DNA of 64,000 bases from positions 32,001 to 96,000 of the IMG/VR virus record IMGVR_UViG_3300042389_001027. The stretch is one strand, 5' to 3'. Both the position numbers and the translations under genes were made by a program. The notes under the pieces are model-generated. The model searched no databases and was not told the origin of the DNA. It worked only from the letters and a program-made list of their open reading frames with translations. The stretch is from a virus. This document shows positions 9,585 through 19,724 of this stretch, piece after piece; within the stretch, counting starts at the first letter, position 1, and each line of letters opens with the position of its first letter.

Positions 9585-11087
9585 ATGCCCGGTGTACAGA
9601 TTACAACCGCAGTACGTACAGGACCAGCAGTAACTGGAGTTGCGCCAGATTCAACATTCTTTGTTGTAGGTGAAACTGAGCGTGGAAAGCAGAATAACGC
9701 TGTCCTCGTTACCAGTCTTGATGAATACATCACTGAATTTGGTGGCTACGAAGCAGATAAGCACACCTATAACGCTGTGCGCATCTTCTTTGAAGAAGGT
9801 GGCGCAAACTGCTACGTCTCGCGTGCAGCAATGACCACGTGGGGTACTGCGACTGTCCTCGTTGAGGATGCAACCGAATCAACCGAAGGAATCACTGTCT
9901 CTGCTGCTGGAAGTGGCGAGTGGGGCAATGATGTTCAGGTAGTTGTTTCGTCTGGTTCTGGCGTCTTCAGCATTGAGGTTCAGTACGGTGCAGAAAACAC
10001 CGTTGTTGCCAGCAATTCAAACCTGACCACAATTGCTGAAGCGATTGAATGGTTTGAGAACAGCACCGCCGCAAAACGTTACGTTCAGGTGGCACTTGCC
10101 GCAGGAACCGACGACACCAATGCTCTTAGTGCAGGCACCTACCCGTTAAGTGGTGGAAGTGAGGCTGCAGCAGTCGCTGTTGCTGGAATTACTTCCGCTC
10201 TTGCTGCATTCACCGAAGAACTCGGTGGTGGGTGTGTTGCCGCACCAGGTTTTGCAACTGGTAGCGACACAAGCCTTTACGACGCACTAAAGACACATGC
10301 TGTCACGCAGAACCGTATTGCGTTGCTTTCTTTCGCAAAAGGCGCAAGCAAGAACGATGCTGTTTCAAACTCTGAATCATACGGAGCGTCAGACGACACT
10401 GGACACGAAAATGTTGCCATGTTCTTCCCATGGGTAACTTTCCCATCGGGTACTGGCGTCACACTCAGTGCATCCCCAGAAGCCTACGTCGCTGCGGTGC
10501 GCTCCAAGACCCATAACTCAACGGGTCCATGGAAGGCATACGCTGGCGTTGATTCAAACGCACGTTTCGTCACTGGTGTTGCTACGGCACTAAGTAAGAG
10601 CGATGGCGACGAACTTGACGCTGCTCGTGTCAACCCAGTTCGCATCATCTCTAATGATGTACGAATCTACGGAGCACGTTCACATGCTGGAACCGCCGCT
10701 GCCACGAGCGATGCTCGCGAATCGCAATGGCGCTTCATCACTGCTCGCGAAACAATCAACTACGTGGTTAATCAGGCGAACATCGCACTTGAGCCGCTCG
10801 TATTCTCAACAATTGACGGTCGCAAGACAATCTATGCCGACATCACTGCCGCATTGCAGTCAGTTCTTGAGCCAGTACGTATCGCTGGAGGTCTGTACGA
10901 AGGGTTTTCGCCAACTGGCAAGCGCCTTGACTACGGATACACCATCAAGGTTGACGACACCCTGAACCCCGCAAGCCAACTGGAAAGTGGTCTTGTTAAG
11001 GCTCAGGTTGGCATACGTGTCTCCAGTATCGGCGACAAGATTAACGTCAACATCATCAAGTCAAACCTGACAACTGCTCTGGTATAA
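9585..11087 (+). CDS. contractile tail sheath protein
   Basis: MPGVQI N-terminus, GEWGNDVQV, LSGG, FFPWV, RVNPVR..VRIYGAR, WRFI motifs. Confidence 0.9.
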   Translation: MPGVQITTAVRTGPAVTGVAPDSTFFVVGETERGKQNNAVLVTSLDEYITEFGGYEADKHTYNAVRIFFEEGGANCYVSRAAMTTWGTATVLVEDATESTEGITVSAAGSGEWGNDVQVVVSSGSGVFSIEVQYGAENTVVASNSNLTTIAEAIEWFENSTAAKRYVQVALAAGTDDTNALSAGTYPLSGGSEAAAVAVAGITSALAAFTEELGGGCVAAPGFATGSDTSLYDALKTHAVTQNRIALLSFAKGASKNDAVSNSESYGASDDTGHENVAMFFPWVTFPSGTGVTLSASPEAYVAAVRSKTHNSTGPWKAYAGVDSNARFVTGVATALSKSDGDELDAARVNPVRIISNDVRIYGARSHAGTAAATSDARESQWRFITARETINYVVNQANIALEPLVFSTIDGRKTIYADITAALQSVLEPVRIAGGLYEGFSPTGKRLDYGYTIKVDDTLNPASQLESGLVKAQVGIRVSSIGDKINVNIIKSNLTTALV

Positions 11088-11097
11088 CGGAGGAACA

Positions 11098-11565
11098 ATG
11101 CCTGATTCAATGCGTAAACTCGCAGCACAACGCCAGATTGTGGCGAAGATTGCCCCTAGTGTTCCCAACACTGGGCAACTTTTCCCCGACTACTTTACGC
11201 AGGTATCGGGCGGAGAAATCTCTGCCTCTGTGGAAAAGGTCTATCACGGCAAGTCGCTGTTCCCCGAGACACTTTGTGCTCCAGCGGAAATTGGTGACAT
11301 CACCGTAACTGGCTATGTCTCGTACGACAGTACGTTCCTTGCCAAACTGCAGGATTTGCGTCAACTTGTTGGTCGTATCTATTACGATATTACTGTTCAA
11401 GTATTTGACTGTGACCTAAATGTCCCTGGTGCTGACCGTTTCTATTCCAAGGCTCTCCTTGTGGGTTTGAGCGAAGGCGAAGGTGACGCCTCTTCGGGCA
11501 CCCCAGCGACATTCGCGCTTACGTTCAGTATCTCCACCGTTTCTGTCCCCGCAACTACTGCGTGA
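11098..11565 (+). CDS. tail tube protein
   Basis: Directly follows the sheath; 155 aa; FTQVSGGE..IGDITV..FALTF. Confidence 0.75.
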   Translation: MPDSMRKLAAQRQIVAKIAPSVPNTGQLFPDYFTQVSGGEISASVEKVYHGKSLFPETLCAPAEIGDITVTGYVSYDSTFLAKLQDLRQLVGRIYYDITVQVFDCDLNVPGADRFYSKALLVGLSEGEGDASSGTPATFALTFSISTVSVPATTA

Positions 11566-11618
11566 TTTTCATAGCGAGTTACACACACTCGTAACCATCA
11601 TCGTGCTAGTCTCGCTGC

Positions 11619-12134
11619 ATGGAAGAAACCTCATACAACCTCGTTAGCAATCTGTCGGACGACTCTGCTTCTGACCCGTCAAACAACGTGCTGTCTGCGT
11701 TGAAGGCTGTCATTAGCAAGAGTGTTAAACGACCAGATGTATTCATTGAAGTTCCAGAGCGACAGGGTGTAACCATCCGTGTCTCGCCGAACATCACGCA
11801 GAATCAGTTGAAGGCATGGCGCAAGAACGCTGGTGATGAAACCAAGGCGGGCATGGATACCGTCAAGTTTGCTTGTGCCGTTATTGGTCACTGCACTACT
11901 GGTATCAGTATGAATGGTGAAATCGTCACTGATGACAGCGGAATCGTGTTGACGTTCGCGTCACCTGAGATTTTGGCTATGACCAACACTCAGCGTCCAC
12001 TGCCAGATTGCGTAAAAGCATTTTTTGGTATTGAACCACACATTGAGGCTGCTGCTGTCGCCATTATGGAAGCGGCAGGATACGGGGATACGGTGGAAAC
12101 CGAGGACCCTACGAAGACGTCCTCTACGAACTAG
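11619..12134 (+). CDS. tail assembly chaperone (G)
   Basis: Lies between tube and tape measure; ends EDPTKTSSTN. Confidence 0.7.
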   Translation: MEETSYNLVSNLSDDSASDPSNNVLSALKAVISKSVKRPDVFIEVPERQGVTIRVSPNITQNQLKAWRKNAGDETKAGMDTVKFACAVIGHCTTGISMNGEIVTDDSGIVLTFASPEILAMTNTQRPLPDCVKAFFGIEPHIEAAAVAIMEAAGYGDTVETEDPTKTSSTN

Positions 12135-12313
12135 AAGAGGACGTCCGCGTCATCAATGCGGCTCGCCTAGGTGAGTTGTTCGGTACAGACCCAATTGCCT
12201 TGCTAAACTGCTCTGAGGAAGAGTGGTTGATTAGATTCGCCTGTGCTAAAGTTATAGAGAAAGACCGTGAGCGACAGGCTAAAGAGTCTGAAAGAACTCG
12301 GGGTAAATTCTAA
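12107..12313 (+). CDS. tail assembly chaperone -1 frameshift extension (GT)
   Basis: The -1 frame reads PYEDVLYELEEDVRVINAARLGELFGTDPIALLNCSEEEWLIRFACAKVIEKDRERQAKESERTRGKF with no ATG; 10-bp hairpin at 12116-12145. Confidence 0.7.
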   Translation, partial: PYEDVLYELEEDVRVINAARLGELFGTDPIALLNCSEEEWLIRFACAKVIEKDRERQAKESERTRGKF

Positions 12314-12337
12314 GCAGTTTTCTCTTTTGGGGTTCGC

Positions 12338-15300
12338 ATGGCTGAGCAAGTCACCATTAAAATTAATATAAAGGCTGACACTGCTGTAATAGAACGTGTC
12401 AGGGCTCAACTTAAATCCCTTTGTCGTGAAGCAGATGACTGTAGCGATACTTTTGATAAGTATTCTAAGAAACTTAATGAGACCAGTAGGTCTCAGAAAA
12501 AACTCACACAAACTACTGATGAGAACTCTTCAGCGATAAAACGGCTTTCTGGCGCTACCCGTCGGGCAGGGAACGACGGCGGCAAGTTCGGCAAGAGCAT
12601 GGGGATGCTGTCCAAGATTGCATCAGGTTTTGGGAAAATCCTCATGGGAGTGATTAAGTTCGGGATTAAATATCTTGCTATTGAATTGGCTCTTGCGGCA
12701 GCAGTCATTGCTTCGTCCGTACTTTGGTTCAAAACCGCCAGCATCGCCGCAAAAGGCTATCAAATGGCTGTTGCAGGCGCTGGCTACGCATTAACAGCGC
12801 TTGCTGCGGCTGGGTCGGCATTTCTTGCAGCACAGGAACAGTTTGCCTCCGTTCAGTTTGCCCCCATGTTCACCGAAGGATTAGTGAACAGTACCGACAA
12901 GTTTGAATCAGCAAGTCTTGCAATGAAGTCATTTGTCAACGATTCCTCAATGGCAGTTTTTGGCACCAAAGCATTATCGGGTGCGTTTGCTGAAATGGCA
13001 AAAAACTTGGACGGTCAGAAACTTGGTGAAGCCACCGCAGCCATGAGGCAAATGGGGAATGTTGCCGCTGGAATGGGTGGGGATATCAGCAAGAACTTTG
13101 GCGACGTATCTGGATTCGTCACCTCCTTCATGAAGGAAGGAAAACTCACAGACAAAGTCAAGAAACAAGGAGAAGAACTCAGTCCAATATTTAAAAAAGT
13201 CATGGAAGAGCAAATCAAGGCTGGCAACACGACCTACGAGAAGTTCATGGCGACGGTTGGAGAAAACCAGACATTCAAGGACGCGTACGGCGGGCAATTA
13301 AGTGCTCTCAATGACACCGTCATAGGTCGCTTCAAGGCTGCTATCACGGATATCAAGAAGAGTTTTACATCTATGGGTGCGCCAATGCTCGGTCCGCTCA
13401 CTAAGGCTATCGGTAAAATTAAAAATCTTATTTTGGCACTTTTGATTCGTGTCCGTGGAAGTGTTGAGGAGGTTGGTTCAGGAAGCCTTCTTGATGGATT
13501 AGTTAAAGGCATAGAAAAACTAACTCTTCTTATGGGTCGGATGATGACATCTGACCTAGGTAAGGCTGGGGATGCTGTTGACAAGATTAAAAACGGATGG
13601 AAGTCAGTTCTTAGGGTTTTTGAAAGAATTTCTGACTATTTGCGTCCGTTGCAGGAAGCAGCAAGGGTTCTCTTTGATGCCCTGAAACCAATCTTTAGTG
13701 CTCTGTTCGGAAACCTTGATAGTTCAATTAAGGGCTTATCGGACACCTTAGTGAAAAACAAAGACAGGTTTATTGAGTTCACCACGTCTATCGGTAACTT
13801 CATTAAGCAGTTCGGCGCATTTGGCATGATGCTAAAAGATGCTTTTGTGTCTGCCATGCCGATATTTTCTAAAATTCTAGATATTTTTTCGTTAGTACTG
13901 AAGGCTGTTACTGGAATCGGCAAAGCCATCACAGCACTTACTGGTCCTTTGGGTTCCTTCGCCATGATTGTCGGTGGCATTTTTGGTGCAAAAATGTTGA
14001 AAGGCGCTGGAGGACTTAAAGGTCTTTTGACTGGCAAGGGTGGCGGCAAAGGAGTGATGGGGGCAGTCGGTGGCGCAGTCGGAACCAATACGGCAACGAT
14101 GAATGTTAATGCTGGTGTTGTGAATGTTATGGGAGGTGCTGCAGGAGCAGCAGGTGGCGTTTTAGACGCCGCTACTGGCGGAGGCAAAGGTAAGGCTGGC
14201 AGGTTTGGCAAAATAGGGGCAAAGTTCAGCAAAATTGGTACCGCTATTAAAGGTGCGAGCAAGTTGAAAGTTGCTGGCGGTGCCGCCGTATTGGCTGCTG
14301 GCGCTTATGGGGCTAACAAAATTGGCGAGTTTGCAGGTAGTAAATTTAAAGACGACTCAATCGCATCAAAGTCTGGCGGAGCGCTTACTGGTGCAGCAGG
14401 CGGAGCGGCGATTGGTGCAGCGGTCGGGTCAGTAGTGCCAGTCGTTGGTACTGCTATGGGCGCTGTTGTTGGGGGAATTATTGGCGGTGTCAGCGGCTGG
14501 TTCTCGGCAGGAAAGAATAAGAAAAAAGCCAACGAAGCAGCAAAGAATATGGTTGCTTCTTACACGAGTGCAGTGGACGAGGCTTTCGCTAACGGTGATG
14601 TTGAGGGTCTATTAGCGTTGAAAGCAGGGATGATAGACGAAATCGCGGCTTCTGCTGCTGGAGATATAGATGTCTACAACAAGAAAATTGCAGAACTACA
14701 ACCCGAACTTGACAAAATCAATAAGCGCATAGACACGTTCGCTTCAAACGCCGAGCAAATGGGCAAATATCTTGATATTGATGGCGACAAGATGAACGAA
14801 CTGACCGAAAAGTTTGGTTTCCAATTCCAAACTCGCTTCATTAGCATTTTTGAAGTTATCGGTAGGGCAGGCGAAGAACTCGGCATTGACCTCGCCACGT
14901 TCTTTAAGGATGTCCTTGGGGAAATTCATCAGGTACAAAACTCTATGATTTTGGATTTAATGGATAGCCCAGCAAAAATTGCTGAACTTGGCAAGGAACT
15001 TGATGCTTCGCAAGCCGCTTATATGAGTGGCGATACCACTGACGAAGCAAAAGACAAACTCATTAAAGACCAATATGCGTACGCCCTAGAACAAACTGGT
15101 GGCGATGCGATGAAGGCTCTCGCCCTTACCGAGAGTAGATTCCGTGAAGGGAATGCAGTGGGGGGTGCCTTTGAGGGCAAGGGTATGGCGCTCATTGAGC
15201 GTATGGGTGCGGGCGGAATGGGTCTACTTGGTGACAGTACGGAAAGTAAACAGAATCTAGTAAATATTGCTAGAGAATCTGGTTCGGTAACTCTTGGCGC

Positions 15301-15811
15301 ATCACAGATTGCTGGCATGTCTGGAATTGACCAAAAAACAGCAGAAAACATGATGCTAAACCAGATTGCTACGGGCGGTATTGATGCATTTACTATGCAG
15401 CAAGAGTTGCTGAAGAGTGTGGCTTTGACCACAGCAGGACAGAAGGGCGGCATATCTCAAGAAGACTTCCTGCTCGGCATGAGTGGGGGAATTGAGCAAC
15501 TTACAGCAATGGCGACCAAGGCGTTTGAGTTACAGTCATACAGTGACCCAACCTACGGAGGTGGTGGAGTGATGATGGCGCCGCCTGTAGCCGCTGGTGG
15601 TATCTCAACAGGTACTGCCACCCTTCAGCCTATTACTAGTACGCAGAACATTCAGGTTGGGGAAACGAAGATTACTGTTAGTGGCATTCTTAGCCCATCT
15701 GACGCGCAAAAAATTGCGAACGCTGTCGCTGGCGTACAGGGGAATTGGTTTGAACGTGTCGGTGTCGGTGTTGGCGCTTATGCTGGCAAGCAATTGCCAA
15801 CAGGTCCGTAG
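12338..15811 (+). CDS. tape measure protein
   Basis: 1157 aa helical Ala/Gly-rich protein with hydrophobic segments, after the chaperone. Confidence 0.88.
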   Translation: MAEQVTIKINIKADTAVIERVRAQLKSLCREADDCSDTFDKYSKKLNETSRSQKKLTQTTDENSSAIKRLSGATRRAGNDGGKFGKSMGMLSKIASGFGKILMGVIKFGIKYLAIELALAAAVIASSVLWFKTASIAAKGYQMAVAGAGYALTALAAAGSAFLAAQEQFASVQFAPMFTEGLVNSTDKFESASLAMKSFVNDSSMAVFGTKALSGAFAEMAKNLDGQKLGEATAAMRQMGNVAAGMGGDISKNFGDVSGFVTSFMKEGKLTDKVKKQGEELSPIFKKVMEEQIKAGNTTYEKFMATVGENQTFKDAYGGQLSALNDTVIGRFKAAITDIKKSFTSMGAPMLGPLTKAIGKIKNLILALLIRVRGSVEEVGSGSLLDGLVKGIEKLTLLMGRMMTSDLGKAGDAVDKIKNGWKSVLRVFERISDYLRPLQEAARVLFDALKPIFSALFGNLDSSIKGLSDTLVKNKDRFIEFTTSIGNFIKQFGAFGMMLKDAFVSAMPIFSKILDIFSLVLKAVTGIGKAITALTGPLGSFAMIVGGIFGAKMLKGAGGLKGLLTGKGGGKGVMGAVGGAVGTNTATMNVNAGVVNVMGGAAGAAGGVLDAATGGGKGKAGRFGKIGAKFSKIGTAIKGASKLKVAGGAAVLAAGAYGANKIGEFAGSKFKDDSIASKSGGALTGAAGGAAIGAAVGSVVPVVGTAMGAVVGGIIGGVSGWFSAGKNKKKANEAAKNMVASYTSAVDEAFANGDVEGLLALKAGMIDEIAASAAGDIDVYNKKIAELQPELDKINKRIDTFASNAEQMGKYLDIDGDKMNELTEKFGFQFQTRFISIFEVIGRAGEELGIDLATFFKDVLGEIHQVQNSMILDLMDSPAKIAELGKELDASQAAYMSGDTTDEAKDKLIKDQYAYALEQTGGDAMKALALTESRFREGNAVGGAFEGKGMALIERMGAGGMGLLGDSTESKQNLVNIARESGSVTLGASQIAGMSGIDQKTAENMMLNQIATGGIDAFTMQQELLKSVALTTAGQKGGISQEDFLLGMSGGIEQLTAMATKAFELQSYSDPTYGGGGVMMAPPVAAGGISTGTATLQPITSTQNIQVGETKITVSGILSPSDAQKIANAVAGVQGNWFERVGVGVGAYAGKQLPTGP

Positions 15812-15821
15812 GTAGGAGATT

Positions 15822-16619
15822 ATGGCAACTATTGATAACCTTAATCACGCAGGGCGAGTCTACGCAAAACCCAAACGTGCCGCTTCTGGCACGAACGTCG
15901 TCAAGATTCAACGCTCCAATGTTTCTCGCGTAATCACATTTGACAACCAAGAACCTCAAGCATTCATGCGTCTTTTGCCTGTCCAGTCAGACGATACGGT
16001 TTATGAGTTTCATTTTCCGTACTCACCTGTCAACATTTCGTACAGTGGTCTATCTAATGAGATAGCCGAAATTGATAGACCTGGTGCTACCGCAATTCTT
16101 GCCTATAAAAAACATCAATTGCTAAAAGCATCGTTTGATTTTATTCTAGCCGTACCTTTTGATGGTATTAAAACTTCAATAGATACTGACATTGCGATAT
16201 TGCGCAAAATGGCAGAACACACAACACGACCCGTGCGAGTATTCAATCTAGATAAGATGTTTGAGAGGACAGCACGACGTCGTTACCAGCCTGCAAACAC
16301 GCGGCACAGGTCGTATGTTACAAAGTTTCGTATCGCCGAACTTTCTATTTCAAGCGTGAAACGCAACGCCTCTGGAGGTATCACTCAAGCGGATTGCAGT
16401 ATCACACTTATTGAAGATGTCAATCCAAAAATTGACGTTGCGTTGATTCCTAAATTTGTACCGCCGCCAACAATTCCAAAGAAGCCGACCACACCAAAAA
16501 CTACAACGCCAAAATCATTGCCAAAGGCATCAACCACAACAGAGACTGCCGCTAAACAAAATCTTGCTTGGGCACCTAAAAAATTGTCACCTGCGGACAT
16601 TAGGCGACTCGCAAGATAA
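15822..16619 (+). CDS. putative tail tube initiator / baseplate protein
   Basis: Follows the tape measure; FPYSP..ISY..EIDRPG; Pro/Thr/Lys-rich tail. Confidence 0.5.
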   Translation: MATIDNLNHAGRVYAKPKRAASGTNVVKIQRSNVSRVITFDNQEPQAFMRLLPVQSDDTVYEFHFPYSPVNISYSGLSNEIAEIDRPGATAILAYKKHQLLKASFDFILAVPFDGIKTSIDTDIAILRKMAEHTTRPVRVFNLDKMFERTARRRYQPANTRHRSYVTKFRIAELSISSVKRNASGGITQADCSITLIEDVNPKIDVALIPKFVPPPTIPKKPTTPKTTTPKSLPKASTTTETAAKQNLAWAPKKLSPADIRRLAR

Positions 16620-16628
16620 ATAACGACC

Positions 16629-17912
16629 ATGATTGATTCCACTGTATTTCGTCCCGTAGGCGCTCCTCCGCCTGGTTACCCCTATGCGCAAGCAATACTG
16701 GAATACGGCAATATAAATATGCTGAATCGCCCAAGAGTGGTGAACACAGATGGCAGTATCTCAACTGTAAGGTCAATCAGTTTTAGTATACGTAACACTG
16801 ATGGCGGTCGTAATAGAATACTTCACATTTTAATCCCTACTGTTCATGATGATGGCTATATCATGACTGATGAGAGGGCTATTAAACTTTTTAAAAAAAC
16901 AGAAAATCATTTAGGTATATTCGCCACAAAAAAAGATATCAACCGCTACGCCGTCATGTTGCATGATATGGAGCAGGCTCGTATAAATGGCGAAGAATAT
17001 GAGCAGCCATTTTCCAGCCCTGACCAAACCGCCATTTATGATGCAATAACATCTTTTCGTGTCAGTTATGGCTTATCTGCGGGGGCTGAAATAAGTGTTG
17101 ATTTTGCTGACTTTCAAGGAAATATGTTTAAAAACAACTATTTTCAAATTGGGCAACAGTATTTTTATCGTAACGCACCTTTCCAGATGGCATCAGTTGA
17201 AGTTGGACAAGGTGAAGGCGAGCACTGGAATGTGCGATGTAAGTTGCGCACATGGCAGCAGCAGCAAATGAAAGAAGATTTACACCCTGAAGTTTTAAAG
17301 TCCGCTAATGGTTTTGAGTTTGCACAAAAAGTCGCTCAAAATTACGGTTTGGGGTTTGTGGGGGAGGAAGTCAAGGGCAAGCAACAGCAGATAAAAGTTA
17401 AAGCCAAAAATAACAAGGAAAGCGTATGGGATGTTCTGCAACGTGCCGCAGGGGATAACCAATACTATTGTTTTATTGCTGATGGTAATTTATTTTTCTG
17501 CAGCCCAAAGTTTTTGTTGGGCAATTGGGGAATTGACGAGGTTCCTATTTTCGGGAAAATGTTCAAATACATCCCAATCATTTACCCAACACCAGAAACT
17601 GAAAAACGGTTTTTAGTTATGGGTTTGCCTGAAATGAAATCATCATTTGATTCTCCCAAGGAAGGGGAGGGAAGCGCCCAGTTGTGGCGCGACAATGCAA
17701 CACAGATACGCGCGGGGATGACCGTGTTTGTCAAAAACATGGGGGCGTATGATGGTGGCTATATCATTAGTTCTGTTGAGTATGCCGAGGGTGAGCCAGA
17801 ACCTGTTTCTATTAGTTTTTCAACAGTTGAAAAACTTGCACCAGAAGACCAGAAAAAAGTTGATGAAAAGGTTTCGGAAATAACAGTTATTAGTGGGAGC
17901 GGTGGAAAATAA
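16629..17912 (+). CDS. baseplate hub (gpD/gp27-like) with extra N-terminal domain
   Basis: ESVWDVLQRAA..YCFIADGNLFF and IRAGMTV..G.YDGGYIISSV hub motifs. Confidence 0.65.
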   Translation: MIDSTVFRPVGAPPPGYPYAQAILEYGNINMLNRPRVVNTDGSISTVRSISFSIRNTDGGRNRILHILIPTVHDDGYIMTDERAIKLFKKTENHLGIFATKKDINRYAVMLHDMEQARINGEEYEQPFSSPDQTAIYDAITSFRVSYGLSAGAEISVDFADFQGNMFKNNYFQIGQQYFYRNAPFQMASVEVGQGEGEHWNVRCKLRTWQQQQMKEDLHPEVLKSANGFEFAQKVAQNYGLGFVGEEVKGKQQQIKVKAKNNKESVWDVLQRAAGDNQYYCFIADGNLFFCSPKFLLGNWGIDEVPIFGKMFKYIPIIYPTPETEKRFLVMGLPEMKSSFDSPKEGEGSAQLWRDNATQIRAGMTVFVKNMGAYDGGYIISSVEYAEGEPEPVSISFSTVEKLAPEDQKKVDEKVSEITVISGSGGK

Positions 17913-18197
17913 ATGTCTTACAACTATTTATCTGAACCAAGTTTTTATTCAAGCGGTAAAGACTTGGTGCCAGCAGGTATTCATCTTGGTATTGTTAAGA
18001 GCGCGAGTTCAGCAACAAAATCTGTCATGGTGCTTGTTCCTTCAATTAACGAAAATGACGTGATTGGTCCGTGCAGGATTGTTGTTCCCCTGACATCTGG
18101 GGCGACTGTTGTGATGCCTGCGGTAAATACAAAAGTTATTGTTGCATTCCTTGACGGCAGTTACGACCAAGGTGTTTGCCTTGGCAAACTGCAGTAG
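17913..18197 (+). CDS. short baseplate spike/gpV-like OB-fold protein
   Basis: GIHLGIV..V.VLVPS..PAVNTKVIVAFLDG...VCLG pattern. Confidence 0.6.
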   Translation: MSYNYLSEPSFYSSGKDLVPAGIHLGIVKSASSATKSVMVLVPSINENDVIGPCRIVVPLTSGATVVMPAVNTKVIVAFLDGSYDQGVCLGKLQ

Positions 18198-18235
18198 GTA
18201 TACGGTTACGCCATGTTCTGTGGGAGAATAAGTTA

Positions 18236-18538
18236 ATGGATATGCTTTCCTTGCCGCTGACTTTTAGCAACGGCTCAGCAAAACTCTTCACCGAGGGTAC
18301 GGACGAGTACTACGCCGAACTTTTGTCAAGAATTATGCAAATAGAACCAGGGGAGTTCCCAATTTCCATTTTTTTTGGCGTCCCCGACCCAACCTTTAGC
18401 GGGCTCAATAAAGCGACACTTGCGGAACTTGCCTCCCAATATGTCCCCGAAGTTGAACTTACAGATATTGAAAGCATCATAAGTGAAGACAACTTAGGTG
18501 AAGAAACTCTTATGATTTACTTTGAGAGGGCAGAATGA
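18236..18538 (+). CDS. baseplate wedge gp25/gpW-like protein
   Basis: IEPGEFPI..FGVPD..YVPEV; position before baseplate J. Confidence 0.6.
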   Translation: MDMLSLPLTFSNGSAKLFTEGTDEYYAELLSRIMQIEPGEFPISIFFGVPDPTFSGLNKATLAELASQYVPEVELTDIESIISEDNLGEETLMIYFERAE

Positions 18539-19722
18539 CATCGCCAGACTTCCGAGAGTACGTTGACCTCACCATCTACGACACTACGCCCCAAATCCTA
18601 TATGACGATTCTGTTACATATGCGCAAACCGCAATGCCAGAATTTGAACCACGAATTGGAACAATTGAAGATGCGCTCCTGCAAGGCATGGCATTTGTTG
18701 GGGCAATCTTAGCCACAGGAATAAACAGGCTCCCAAACGGTCTAATGGAGGGAATCCTCAACCTACTTGGCTTTACTCGCAACGAAGCACAGTTCGCAAC
18801 AGGCACAGCAACGATTACGACCAGCATTAATAGTGGCACCATAATCCCCAAAGGGACAGTGTTCACATATGACGTATTTGAGGACGGGATTACCACCTCG
18901 TATCCATTTGAAACAGATTCTGACCTCGTTCTTGCATCAACATTTGACGAAGGCGACATAACAATAACCGCTACCAACGCAGGCAAATATCCCGCTCTGC
19001 TTGCTGGTCAGTCACTGACTCTCGTATCACAAGTGCCATACGTGATTGCCGTTGAACTTACGGATGACATTGAAGTCGGCGCAGATGCCGAAACTCAGAC
19101 ACAGTTTTTTAATCGCGGTGCACAGTACTTGGCTTCACTAAATTCAACTATTGCAACCTCTGCGCAAATGACTAATTACATTAGTGCAAACTATACAACT
19201 GTTCCTGTGTTTAAAGTATACGATTTAGTAAACAGTTCGGATATGCTTTTTGCTACAGCGGACGCCCCTGGCTATGTGACTGTTTCAGTTTGCAACACAG
19301 ACGGAGGTGCTTTGACTTCAACTGTCAAAAATGACCTTCTCGCAGACTTGGACGACAGGTGTGTCGCGGGCTTGACAATCGCAGTTGTTGACATGCTTAA
19401 CTTCACTGTCCAAGTAAACGTTTCCGTTTCCGTTTTAGATGGTTTCACTCCGTCAACCGTAACGGATGAAGTTGCTGCTGTTTTGGATTCATATCTCACT
19501 TATTCTGGATGGGATTTCTCTGAAACGATTAATAAAAACATTCTGATTGCCAAGGCTTCACAGGTTCCTGGTGTGAGGTACATTTCTTCGCTTGCCATTG
19601 TTATCACTGGTTCTACGACCTATGCAGAAATGGAAGAGGTTGCATCTGTGGAGACTGGCAACGTTACGATTTTGCGCGCTGGTGTTGTGCCAGTCGGAGT
19701 AGCGGAAGTATCGGTCATCTGA
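18535..19722 (+). CDS. baseplate J-like protein
   Basis: LLGFTR..ATG..IPKGTVF..GADAET..PGYVTV..SQVPGVRYI. Confidence 0.85.
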   Translation: MTSPDFREYVDLTIYDTTPQILYDDSVTYAQTAMPEFEPRIGTIEDALLQGMAFVGAILATGINRLPNGLMEGILNLLGFTRNEAQFATGTATITTSINSGTIIPKGTVFTYDVFEDGITTSYPFETDSDLVLASTFDEGDITITATNAGKYPALLAGQSLTLVSQVPYVIAVELTDDIEVGADAETQTQFFNRGAQYLASLNSTIATSAQMTNYISANYTTVPVFKVYDLVNSSDMLFATADAPGYVTVSVCNTDGGALTSTVKNDLLADLDDRCVAGLTIAVVDMLNFTVQVNVSVSVLDGFTPSTVTDEVAAVLDSYLTYSGWDFSETINKNILIAKASQVPGVRYISSLAIVITGSTTYAEMEEVASVETGNVTILRAGVVPVGVAEVSVI

Positions 19723-19724
19723 CC

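Noticed and set aside
12493-15453. Numerous antisense ORFs across the tape measure and fibre genes
   Set aside because: Shadow frames of low-complexity Gly/Ala/Thr-rich coding sequence with no RBS or family motifs
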